A DNA stretch of 64,000 nt, from positions 174,284,001-174,348,000 of the forward strand of contig NC_086097.1 in NCBI RefSeq assembly GCF_963921235.1, read 5' to 3'. A program made the position numbers and the translations under genes. Positions 12,271 to 24,218 of the stretch are shown here, piece by piece. This DNA comes from Mobula hypostoma. Its lineage: Eukaryota. The notes beneath the pieces are model-generated. The model was not told the DNA's origin. It did not search any database and was given only the letters and a program-made list of their open reading frames with translations. How positions within the stretch are numbered: the first letter of the stretch is position 1; the number at the start of each line of letters is the position of its first letter.

Positions 12271-13324
12271 ATATGACTTTTTCAAATAAATCTTATCAGT
12301 ATGGCCTTCTGTTCCTCTGAATTCTATCAAATGCAACAATTTTGGATAATCAGCCTTTCCAATTCTGATAAAAGATTAACCTTGTAATCTTAACTCAGTT
12401 TTTCTCTTTCAGGGTGTTTCTAGCAGCCATATTTTTCAGTTTCAGCATAGTTGTTTTAACTTTAGTCCTGTAAGTTCCCTTTTGGATTTCTTCGTTTACG
12501 TTGATGGCTTCAGGTTATGCTCTTTTTCATGGAAGTGTTTTCCCTGCTTTTATTATGTCATCTCTTAGCTACCTTTTCTCATTGTCATTGTCTTCACTTC
12601 CTTTCAGTGATAATCAACATTCTCTCAATGCGATTGAATCAAGATTTGTTAAGAATGTTAACTTCAGTTTTGAGTTTTTTTTTCTTCATTCATTTTTAAA
12701 CAATGGTGTACCCTTTAGGTTAGAAAGAAGGGCTCTAGATAAAGGATTGGAGGTCAGTGGAGATGAGGAAAAACACTTGAAGCAGAGCTTTAGAGAGAAC
12801 TGAAAACACTCACGATATTTAAAAATGCCTAGATTTTTACCTGAGGAACTGTGGCCCACAGAGTTATAGAGCAAACGCTGGAAGGTATAATTAGGTTGAA
12901 TTTTTTAAAATTTTATTGTCATAGTCTTGCTTTGCTAAATGGCCCCTTTTTATGCTGAACATTATACAAGATTACATTCCATATTTCAAAATCCATTTGC
13001 TCCTTATCCTAATCAGTCTCGCATCTTTCATGTAAAATGTGATCTATTTTTCCTGCTAGAATATACTGATGTGTTTATCAAAGTTTCTGCCCCTTGATCA
13101 TTCTGCAACCTTTTGAATGTACTCTGGATACTTGTTACAGTCCTCATTATTGATCATCCCTTATAATTTTTGATTCAAAATTTTAAATGATTAATGGAGA
13201 TCTGGAATAGCAATTGTTCACAATACTGATCCACGATTTGCCTACTGCTGTGAATAGCAATTGATTTTCACTTCTGCTGTCTGTTTACTGTTTTGAAACC
13301 AGCTCACAATCCTGCTGATCAGAT

Positions 13325-13890
13325 CCTGCTACATCACTATGGAAACTGCACTGTGACAGACAGGAAGGCTCTGCAACAGGTAGTCAAAAGTGCCCAATGC
13401 ATCACCAGCACTAACCTACTCACCATTAAGGACATATGTGCAGAAAGCTGCTGGAAATGGGCCAGTAACATCATGAAGGATCCCACCCATTCTGTTCATA
13501 GACAGTTTGTCCCACTCCATTCATACGTAGTATACACATCAGAACCACTGGACTCAAAAACAGTTCCTTTCCCAAGCATGAAGGCTGATCCACCCACTAA
13601 TCCACCCCTTCACATCCCCCACAACCACTACATTATTATTTTCTGTGAGAGTCACCCTACGTACAGACATTCCTATGTCTGGCATCACTTTATGGACGTA
13701 CAATCAATCTATATATTAAAGCTGTCTAATGTATTTATATTTATAGCAGTTTTTAAAATTATTGTGTTCTTTATCTTATTATCTTATTGTTTGTTTTTTT
13801 TGGTGCTGTATTGGATCCAGAGTAACAATTATTATGTTCTCCTTTTCAATTTTGTACTGGAAATGACATTAAACCATCCTGAATCTTCAA
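13325..13890 (+). mobile_element. Rex1/Babar 3' fragment
   Basis: YGNCTVTDRKALQQVVKSAQCIT...ASNIMKDPTH, followed by a T-rich 3' UTR. Confidence 0.85.
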
Positions 13891-14059
13891 TTTTCTTTGT
13901 TTTAGTTACTGCTACGCAGATGTCTTCCTACTTTTATGACTACAATCAAGTCTAATTTCTTTTCTCCATTATTAAATTTCTTAGTAAATCTTCTCTTGTT
14001 GGACTTTTTATTTATTGGGTTGGAGAGGAAATCTGTCTATGTTGTCAGAACTCCATTCC

Positions 14060-17000
14060 TGTGTGGAGTGGGAGATTGTGGAGTGAGCTGGAGACAGTTC
14101 CTTGTGGACTTTGTGCGCCAATTTTAAAAAGCAAGTAGGGCCTGTTGGGACTTGTCTGCCGAATGGGAGATCGCAAATTGACTTGGAAACAGTCCCTTGT
14201 CGAATAATGCGCCTGTTTTAAAAAGCAAAAGGGGCCTGTTGGAGTGGGAGTTTGCAGAGTGTTTAGAGTGTTCCTTGTGGACTTCATGTGCCAGTTTTAC
14301 AAAGCGAGTGGGGCCTATTGGACTTATCTGTAGAGCTGGAGATTGCTTGGGAGTAACTTAACAATGGCCAATAAGAAGAAGCAAAGTTTAACCAGGATGA
14401 CCATTGTGCAAGCAGCCATTGTTGGAGCGAGCCAAGGTTAGAGTGGGAGGCTTTGGCTCAACAGGCTTTGGCAAGAGCAGACGGAGGCTAAGGGTGCTGA
14501 GTTGTTTGGAATCATTTAGTTGATTGTAGGATTTAAGGTTAAGAAGTTAGAGCCAAATGTTTAGTAAGTGTAGGCAGGAAGGTTGTTAAGGCAGTGGAAT
14601 CCTCCTCCTTTGTAAAATGTGGAATTAGAAACATAGAAAACCTACAGCACAATACAGGCCCTTCAGCCCACAATGCTGTGCTGAACATGTACTTACTTTG
14701 GAAATTACCTAGGTTTACCCATAGCTCTCTATTTTTCTAAGCTCCATGTACCTATCCAAGAGTCTCTGAAAAGACCCAATTGTAGAATGCCTTGGGGTTT
14801 TCCTTAATCCTGCTCACCAAGGCCTTCTCATGGCCCCTTCTGGCTCTCCTAATTTCATTCTTAAACTCCTTCCTGCTAGCCTTATAATTTTCTACATCTC
14901 TGTCATTACCTAGTTTTTTGAACCTTTTGTAAGCTCTTCTTTACTTCTTGACTAGATTTTCTACAGCCTTTGTACACCATGGTTCCTGTACCCTACCATC
15001 CTTTCCCTGCCTCATTGGAACATACCTATGCAGAACATCATGCAAATATCCCCCTGAACGTTTGCTACATTTCTGCCGTACATTTCCCGGAGAACATCTG
15101 CTCCCAGTTTATACTTCCAAGTTCCTGCCTGATAGCTTCATATTTCCCCTTACTCCAATTAAACGTTTTCCTAACTTATCTGTTCCTATCCCTCTCCAAC
15201 GCTATGATAAAGGAGATAGAATTGTGATCACTATCTCCAAAATGCTCTCCCACTGTGAGACCTGACACCTGATCAGGTTCATTTCCCAGTACAGCCTCTC
15301 CTCTTGTAGGCTTATCTACATATTGTGTCAAAAAGCCTTCCTGAACACACCTAACAAATTCCACCCCATCTAAACCCCTTGCTCTTGGGAGATGCCAGCA
15401 ATATTGGGGAAATTAGAATCTCCCATCACGATAACCATCTTTCCAGAATCTGTCTCCCTATCTGCTCCTTGATGTCCATACCACTGCTGGGTGGTCTGGA
15501 GAAAAAAATAAAACACCCAGTAGAGTTATTGACCCCTTCCTGTTTCTAACTTCCACCCACAGAGACTCAGTGGACAATCCCTCCATGTCTTCCTCCTTTT
15601 CTGCAGCCATGATCAGTTGTGCCACGCCCCCACCTCTTTTGCCTCCCTCCCTGTCCTTCTGAAACATCTAAAGCCTGGCACTGGAAGTAACCATTCCTGC
15701 CCCTGAGCCATCCAAGTCTCTGAAATGGCCACAACATCATAGCTCCAAGTACTGATCCACGCTCTAAGCTCATCCACTTTGTTCATGATACTCCTTGCAT
15801 TAAAATAGACACATCTCAAACCGTCAGTCTGAGCGCATCCCTTCTCTATCACCTGCCTATCCTCCCTCTCATACTTACCTACAAGGTTACTCTATTTGTG
15901 AGCCAATCGCCCCTGCCTCCGTCTCTTCAGTTCGGTTCCCACCCCACAGCAATTCTAGTTTAAACTCTCCCCAATAGCCTTAGCAAACCTCCCTGCCAGG
16001 ATATATGTCCCCTCGGATTCAGGTGCAACCCATCCTTATTGTACAGGTCACGCCTTTCCCAAAAGAGGTTCCAATGATCCAGAAATCTGAATCCCTGCCC
16101 TCTGCTCCAATGCCTCAGCCACGCATTTATCCTCCTCCTGTTGCATGGCACAGGCAGCAATCCTAAGGTTACTACCTTTGAGGTCCTGCTTCTTAACTTC
16201 CTTCCTAACTCCCTGTGGTCTGTTTTCAAGACCTCCTCCCTTCTCCTGCCTTTGTCATTGATACCAATATATGCCATGACCTCTGGCTGTTCACCTTCCC
16301 ACTTCAGGATATTGTGGATGCAGTCAGAAACATCCCAAACCCTGGCACCTAGGAGGCAAACTACATCCATGTTTCTTTCCTCTGTCCACAGAATTGCTTG
16401 TCTGACCCACTAACTATAGAGTCCCCTATCACTGCTGTCATCCTGTTCCTTTCCCTACCCTTCTGAGCCACAGGGCCAGACTTTGTGCCAGAGGCACGGC
16501 CACTGTTGCTTCCATTATGTAGGTTGTTCCCCCAACAGTACTCAACAGGAGTACTTATTGTTAAGGGGGACAGCTAATGGGGTACTCTCTTGTATCTGAC
16601 TCTTAATCAGGGATTGCAGGGTACCTAATTGTCTCCCTGATGATTACATCTGCAGGAAGTACACACAACTTCAGCTCCTGACTGACAAGCTCAAGGAACT
16701 GGAGCCGGAGCTGGATGTGCTCGGTACTAACCGGGAGGCAGAAAACCTCGTAGATAAGTCTTCACCGAGGTAGTCACACCCAAAGTGCAGGCTTCAGATA
16801 ATAGATGGGTGACCTTCAGGGGAAGTAAGGGGAGTAAGTCGTTTGTGCAGGGTTCCCTGTGGCCATTCCCTTCAGCAACAAGAATATCACTTTGGATGCT
16901 GCTGGCGGTTTTGACTTATCCGGGCACAGCAGCAGCAGCCAGGCTAGTGGCACTGCAGCCAGTTTTCAGGCTCAGTAGGGAAGGGTAAAGTCAGAACAAT

Positions 17001-18390
17001 AGAAATAGGGTACTCGGGCAGTCAAGGGGATGATTAGAAGATTCTGTGGCTGTGATAGAGATGCCAGATTGTTGTGTTGCCTGCCACGTACAAAGGTCAA
17101 GGATGTCTCAGAGCAGCTGCAGAATATTCTCAAAAGGAAGGGTAAGCAGTCTGAGGTCGTAATGCACATGAGCACCAATGAAATAGGTGGAAAGGTTGAA
17201 GAGGTCCTGCACAGTGAATACAGGGAATTGGGAAAGAGACTGAAGAGCAGGACCTCCAAGGCAGTAATTTCTGGATTACTCCCCGTGCCATGTGCTAGTC
17301 AGGGCAGGAATATGATGATAGTACAGATGAATGTGTGGCTGAGGTTTCTGGGTGAACGGGGCAGAGTTTCAGGTTCTTGGATAATTTGAACCTTTTCTGA
17401 GGCAGGGTGACATCTACAAGAGGGCTGTGTTGCAACTCAGCTGGAGGGGAACCAATATCCTGGCCAGAATATTTGGTAGCGCTGCTTGGGAGAGTTTAAA
17501 CTAGTTTGGCAGGGGATGGATACCAGAGCACCAAGTCAGAAAGTGGAGGGGTGGAGAGGAGGATGGAGAGGAAGACGGATGTCAGGGCTAGTAAAAACAG
17601 ACAGGAGCAAAGTGATAGATACAATGGGACAGATAGTTTGAAGTGTATGTATTTTAACGTTAGGTGTATTATGGATAAAGGTGATGAACTAAGAGCATAG
17701 ATCAGTACATGGAACTTTGGTACTGTGGCCATTGTAGAGACTTGATTGAGAGAGGGACAGGAATGGGTGTTTAATATCCAAGGGTTTGGATGTTTTCGAA
17801 AAGATAGGGAGGTATAAGAGCTGGGGGAGTTGCACAACCAGTTGGGCAATATCACAGCTGTTCTCAGAGGGGAAATAATGGAGGGCTCGTCCACAGTGTC
17901 TGTATGGGTAGAATTCAAAAATAGGAAGAGTGTAATCACTCTGGGATTGTACCACAGGCCCCCTCCCCAATAGCCACTAGAACACTGGGGAGCAGATATA
18001 CAGGCAGATTAAGGAAAGGTGTAAAAGCATTAGGGCTGTTGTCACCAGGGCTTCAGCTTCCATAATATAAACTGAGTGTAAGAGGTTTAGTTGGGCCAGA
18101 AGTAGTTAGGCACATGCAGAAGAGCTTGTTAAATCAATATGTAAATAGTCCTACAAGAGGAGGGGCTACACTGGACCTGGTTTTGGGTAATGAGCCTGGA
18201 TAGGTGGCTGACTTGTGAACAGTTAGGGAACAGTGACCACAAATGCTTAAATTTTAAGATAGCTATAGATAAGGATAAGTATGGACCTTGTGGGAGAGTA
18301 TTAAATTGGAGCAGGGCAAGTTACAAGAACGTTAAGCAGGAATTAATTTGAATTAATTAGCGACATCTGTTTTTGGGCAATTTCCCATCT
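14060..18390 (+). mobile_element. CR1 LINE 5' half (5'UTR monomers, ORF1, EN), interrupted at 14626-16604 by another CR1
   Basis: The ORF1 start (AVE.SS.CKMW) at about 14590-14625 resumes at 16605 (DDYICRK..QLQLL). Esterase region RRFCGCDRDARLLCCLP; EN start LKCMYFNVRCIMDKGDELRA. Confidence 0.85.
14626..16604 (-). mobile_element. Antisense CR1 with an internal deletion (ORF1 + EN + 3'UTR, no RT)
   Basis: Tail tagaaacatagaaa at 14626. Minus-strand ORFs CVYFNARSIMNKVDEL, QEGFLTQYVDKPTRG and CLLGARVWDVSD. The 3'UTR joins the EN-RT linker near 14785. Confidence 0.85.
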
Positions 18391-19131
18391 GATGGTTTTC
18401 TTTGCAACCATCCATGAACACAGAGGAGTGCCCCAAAGAATGAATGAAGTTAAATGTTAGAACCCCAAAGCCTCCCCCAGCTCCCCCCTCCCATGTGTAA
18501 GCAGCAGCAAAGCAATGAATCTCCTCCCCTACCAGCAAAAAAAAGTATTGGCACTCCCCACCGAGCACTCAAGCGTGCAGCAAAGCGCCAATAAAGACAT
18601 GGACTTGCAGTACCCCAAAAACTACTCGTTCATCCGGTATTCGACATGCCACAGGCTCTCTCCTTAATAAGGGAAAAAGAGATGTCTCTGTTTCACAGCG
18701 AGAGGGGCGACATAACAAATAACTCATTAATTTACGATGTTAAAAGTCTGTTGTGTCGCCTTTTCAAAGCTCTGTGCCCAAAGACCTCATTTCTCTGGGC
18801 ACACAGCCAGCAGCCAGCTTGCTGCTTTCAATCTTCCACCTCCCACCTCCCATGACACACCGATTTCCTGCAGAGACACCGACCTTCAGTCCGCCTGCCT
18901 CCAGAGCCATGAAATCCCGAAACTCCGAAGGCGAGCTAATTAGGCCACGTCTTGGCATATCGAATAATGGCCAGTCGTGAGACCCTGAGAGCAGGTCCCA
19001 TTCCCGCAAAGAACCAAAGTCAGTGTGTAACTCCAGGAAAGTGAAAATTGAGATAGAAATAGAGCTGTTTCCAAAAATGCAAACGAAGGAATTGTTGTTA
19101 GGTGCCATTGTCTCTCTTAAGCTGCTCCTCC
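18391..19131 (-). mobile_element. Non-coding retroposon-like insertion
   Basis: Moderately CpG-rich block abutting the truncated CR1. The minus strand starts GGAGGAGCAGC...ACAATGGCACC and has a T/G-rich 3' part. Confidence 0.5.
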
Positions 19132-19809
19132 TTTTATGAAGTTTGATGAAGCTTTCAAATGTACATGCCAGAAGCAGCATCAATTATATCTTAAAAATGA
19201 GGAACTAGCTTTGTGAAACTGTAACATGTATTAAACAGCAAAAACATGGAATGGACAGAATCCTGTCATTTAATTATCAACAGATCAGCATGAATTTCTG
19301 CAGCCCTATATCAATTAGCTGTAAACGGTGGTGGGCAATTATATAACTAACAGCACAAGGAGTATCCAAAGATAATCACTTCCTCAAAATGATGATAAGG
19401 CATGTGAATACTCAAGGCAGAGCTACAGCTTGTGCAATCATGTTAAATCAGGGTTTCTTCCGAGGTCCCTGCTATCACAGAAGTGAATCTTCAGTCAATT
19501 TGATTTGTTTTATGTGATGACATGAAACTATGTAAACACCCAAAGACACCCTTGTCCTTTCCACCACTTTTTCTAGATTCAGTAACTATTCTAGCACTTT
19601 CAAGGATATCTTAATCACCAGACTCTTGAAAATAAAGCCTGCCAAAAAAACGTTACAGCATTCTAATTTGTGGGTAAATTTGGAATGCGAACCCGATAGC
19701 CTTTAGATCTTCTCATTAGTGAGTTCCTACCCTGAATTTCATTACCTCTTCTTCATTTGATTTCTGGAGAGTTATTCATCCTCCAGATAGTCAAGTGAGG
19801 CTAGTTCCT

Positions 19810-20245
19810 CGGGGATGATGCCAGGACTGGAGTGCTATAGTTGTAATGAGTAACTGAATAGACTGGGGCTGTTTTAATTCTGGAGCATACGAGACTGTGC
19901 AGTTAAAAGGGGCATAGAAAATCATGAAGGGCATACATAAGCTTACATACTTCTCTGGAGTAGGGGACTATAAACTAGAAGGCACAGGTTAAAACTGAGA
20001 GGGAAAGATTTAAAGGGGACCTGAGGGGCAAGCTATCACAGAGAGAGTGATGGGTGTATGGAATGAACTGCCAGAGAAGTGATAGAGGAAAGTTATGTTT
20101 CCAAGTCATTTAAACAGGTACATGAATAGGAAAGGCTTAAAGGGATATGGGCCAAATGCAGGAAAATGGAACCAGGTATCTTGGTCAGCTTATAGAAGGT
20201 GAACCGAAGGACTTGCATGCCATGCTATAAAACTCAATGTTATTA
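19810..20245 (+). mobile_element. CR1 3' fragment
   Basis: Remnants of the ORF2 C-terminus (actagaaggcacagg; gagagtgatgggtgtatggaatgaactgccag) and 3'UTR. Confidence 0.75.
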
Positions 20246-20589
20246 CGATTCCAGACAAAAGAAGGACTTTTTAAAAAATCATGTCTTAGGCGTGCCTTCT
20301 GGAAGCAATTCATATATTTTTCACACAATGGTAACGTCTTTAAAATTGTTAATTCTCCCAGGGTACTTCGTCGAAGCATTATCAGGCTCACTTTGACATC
20401 AGGAATTCTAGAGTTTGGGGCCCAGGCACTACTGTCAATGATGGAGTGATGTAAAGTGAAAATGAGCAGAAGGCCAATTCTTTCAGAACAATTGGATTTT
20501 GGAGTATTGAATGGAACTGGCAAAAATAAGGAGGATCATTGGAAGGAATTTGTGTACTAACCGTGTGTTTTGAGACTGTGACAAAGTTT

Positions 20590-21395
20590 AGTGCAGGACA
20601 CTCAAAATGCTGGAGGAATTCAGCAGGTGAGGCAGCATCTGTGGAGAGGAATAAACAATTGCCATTTTAGGCCAAGACATTTCATCAGGACTGGAAGACA
20701 GGGGGCAAGAATCCAAAAAAAAGGCGGGGGTGGGTGGGAAAGGAATACAAGCCAGAATGTGATAAGTGAAGGTGGGTGGGGGAGGGGAGAATGAAGTGAA
20801 AAGCTGGGAGATGACAGGTGAAAGAGGTAAAGTGCTGAAGAAGGAGTCTGATAGGAGAGGAGAATGGTCCCTGGAGAATGGGGAGGGGCACCAGAGGAAG
20901 ACTATGGGCAGGTGAGGAGCCAAAATGGAGAATGGAAAAAAGAGGGAGGAGAAAGTACTAGAAGTTAGAGAAATGGATGTCCATGCTAAAAAGTTGGAGG
21001 CAACTCAGATGGAATATAAGGTGTTGTTCCTCCAACCTGGAGTGGCCTGATTGTGGCAATAGGGGAGGCCATGCACCTACATATCAGAATGGAAATGAGA
21101 AGTAGAATTAAAATGAGTGGCACTGGGAAAGTTTGCCTTTTGTGATGGATGGAGCGAAAGTGCTTGACAAAGCAATCTCCCAATCTATATTGGGTCTCAC
21201 CGATGTAGAGGAGGCTGCAGCAGGAGCACCGCTTATAGTAGACACCTCTGACAAACTTTCGGGTAACTTGTCACCTTACTTGGAAGAATTGTTTGGGCCC
21301 TGAATATGGTGAGGGAGATGGCATGGAAGCAGCTGTAGCACTTGTCCTGCTTGCAGGTGTAAATGCCAGGTGGAAGATCAGTGGGGAGGGACAAT
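20590..21395 (-). mobile_element. Penelope-like element 3' part (GIY-YIG endonuclease remnant plus terminal repeat)
   Basis: Minus strand reads CSCCSLLYIGETQYRLGDCFVKHFRSI, a GIY-YIG motif of Penelope-like elements. The terminus contains a hammerhead-like CTGATGA. Confidence 0.8.
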
Positions 21396-22074
21396 GAGTT
21401 TAGTATTATTTAAGTATCCTGTGTTGATTTAAAAAAAACTTCTCTTTATGATTAAGCTTTTAGAGTATCAAGTACAAGCTGTAGATCATCATGTATTATC
21501 CAGGAAACTATATCATCAATGAACGTTAAGAGATTAATGCATTTCAGGATGTTGCTTTTTGAGAATATGAAGCCAAACCATATAATACTCCATAAGGAAA
21601 GAATGTCAACAGCCCAACATTGGCAGCCATAATTTCTTTCAGCTTCAACAATGCAAAAGACTTCTTTTTTTGTTAAACATTGTGAACAAAATCATATGAA
21701 ATGTCTTTTGATCAGGGAAATTGGCATCATGCCTCTATGCATACTGTAAACCATTCACTAACAGTGAGCACGGAATCAATTTGTAAATTTTTGCTAAATC
21801 CTGCTGATTGAGTGAATAGATAATTCAATAGATAGGACACTGAAGGTATTTTTCTGCCAAATCATTTCAGTATGTTTAAGATTCTGTGTAATTTATAATC
21901 AGTGAAGGAATTGCATGATCCACACTTGGTGGAAACTGAGAAATGTGTGGAATGTCAGATCCTATGTTATTCTGTTTGATTGTTGAAACCACCAGAATTA
22001 TTCAGTGAAGATATACCTGAGGCCTGACATGCAAAATCCTTGTTAAAATACTCATTTGTCATTCATCTATTTTC

Positions 22075-23355
22075 TGAAGTGTGCAGTGGTGTGCCACAGA
22101 GATTGTTGCTGGGTTTACTGTCACTTGACTTCTGCATTAATGACTTGAATGACAGTGTATTAGCATGGTTAGTAAGTTTGTGGCTGATGCCAGAATTGGT
22201 GGTATAAGTGATGGTGAAGATAACAGAATCCAGATGAACTGGGGAAGTAATCCAATGGCTGGCAGATATAATTCAACAAGTGCAAGATTTTGCATTTTGG
22301 TCAGTTAAACCAGTGCAGGACTTGAACAGTAAATGGTGGGGTCGTGGAAGATGTTGTGGGACAGAGAGACCAAGTGATACAGGAACTTATTTCCCTGAAA
22401 GTAGTAATACAAGTAAACAGAGTATTGAGTAAAAGAGTTAGGGCAACATGTTACAACAGTGTAAACTATTGGTGAGACCTTACTGGGATATTCTGTGTCG
22501 TTCTGGTCACAAATCTGTAGGAAAAGATGCAGATGCTACTGTGATTGGAGGGCTTGAGTTATCAGGAGACTGCACAGTCTGAGAATTTTTTCCCCCCCCC
22601 ACTGTAGCATAGGAAGTTGTGGGTGACCTTAGAGGTATTTATAAGAGAAGATCAAGTGGATGGTCATAGTCTTTTCCCTTAGTTTGGGCATAGATTTAAG
22701 ATGAGGAAAAAAGATTTAAAAGGAACACGAGGAGCAAATTTTTTCACAGAAAGTGTGGTGGTCCTATGGATTGAGCTGCCAGAGGAGCATAGAGAGCAGT
22801 AAAGGCTGGAACATTAAGTAATTGTAGGTACTTTTAAAAGACTTTTAGACAAGTATATGGATTAAACAGCTGGTGGGGTGAAACTGTGTGTCTACCAAAG
22901 GAGGTGTAAGGCGCTCTTTCTCTCCACTAGCCTGCAGGTCCCCCTTGGGCAAGTGTAGCACCTGCTTAGCCCGTCAGTCAGGGACACATGAAGTCTTGGG
23001 AGCAGGTGGTGGATTATCATATGAGCTGCTGGTACGTGCCATGTCCTGGTTATGTGACCACTGACGCCAGGCAGACAGTCTCTGAAGAGTATTGATATTG
23101 GCTGGGGTCACCAGTCTTGTAAAGAAGAAGGCAATAGCAAGCCACTTCTGTAGAAAAATTTGCCAGGAGCAATCATGGTCAAAAGACCATGATCACCCAC
23201 ATCATATGGCACGGCACATAGTGATGATGATGATATGGATTACAAAAAGTTGAGAGTGATATGGGTCAAGTGCAGGTAAGGGGACTAGCTCAGATGGACA
23301 TTTAGGCTCATGGAATAGCTGGGTGAAGGACCACTTTTTGTGCTGTGCAACTCTG
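22075..23355 (+). mobile_element. Degenerate CR1 RT/3' end, interrupted by a SINE
   Basis: agtggtgtgccacag (SGVPQ) and agtaagtttgtggctgat (a KFADD remnant), followed by 3'UTR. Confidence 0.8.
22865..23232 (+). mobile_element. RTE-type non-autonomous retroposon (SINE) with (TGA)n tail and 10-bp TSD
   Basis: ATATGGATTA is duplicated at 22855-22864 and 23233-23242. The 3' end ggcacggcacatagtgatgatgatg resembles the RTE LINE tail at 27240. Confidence 0.85.
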
Positions 23356-24218
23356 AATTTTATAATGCTGTGAGTCAGGGAATCTCAGCAAGTGTGATGG
23401 AAGAATGAGTTTTTGTTTCTGAACCTCATTTATTGTGAACTTCAAAATATGTTTTGTATTTTTCACTATGGTACTCTTTTTAAAGTTAATCTAAATGTGA
23501 ATTTTTGACTGTGGAAAGAATACATTCATATTGTTTCAACCATATATCTTCCAAGTGGCCTTAATTTTGGTGTTGTGGAAAATGTTTCACACATTTTTGA
23601 CTATAATGCATTTCTATATTAGAATATTAGAGAATGGATTGATGGGAGTCTTGTTAACAAATAGTCTTAACACCCTCCCTACTTAATAAGGATTTCTGCA
23701 ATAATAGTAACTCTATTGCTTGACTTTGGCTCCTGGTTCTCATTTTGCATTTTAGTCTCTTTTACTGAGTGGTTATTATGGTTATACAAGGAAGGTGTGG
23801 CTAATATGTTTCCCTACCATGGTATCTAATAGGAGAAATGTTCAAAGATCTTCACTTTATATATGTATTCTGCACCCTTCAAAGTTCTGCAAGAAAGGGA
23901 AAAGGACTCGTTTCAAGTGGTCATTTCACATTAATCTGCAAGGCCACAGAAAATTTGGTTATCTGCAGTGAGGAATGCTGACAAAGCTCTTGACTCCTTT
24001 AATTTGTAGTATATGGGAGTTCATGCACAACCTGGGGTGCAGGAAAAGAAGATTAGAATGGTAGCAACTTTATTTTTGTACCGGAAGTGAAGATTTTCAA
24101 TTTTGCAGACAAATGTGCATCATTTTATTTGGGGTTAAATTCAGAAATAGCATTTATCTATTAAGTTCAGAAATAGCATCTGTGTTCTAGTACACAGATA
24201 TATCAATTAATTTTAGTA

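Noticed and set aside
22865..22975. Canonical HDV-like ribozyme
   Set aside because: Stems are present, but I could not assign P1.1/P3 or the catalytic J4/2 strand, so it is left only as a testable idea.
24139..24180. Short direct repeat ttcagaaatagcat, two copies
   Set aside because: It is a local micro-duplication with no further structure.
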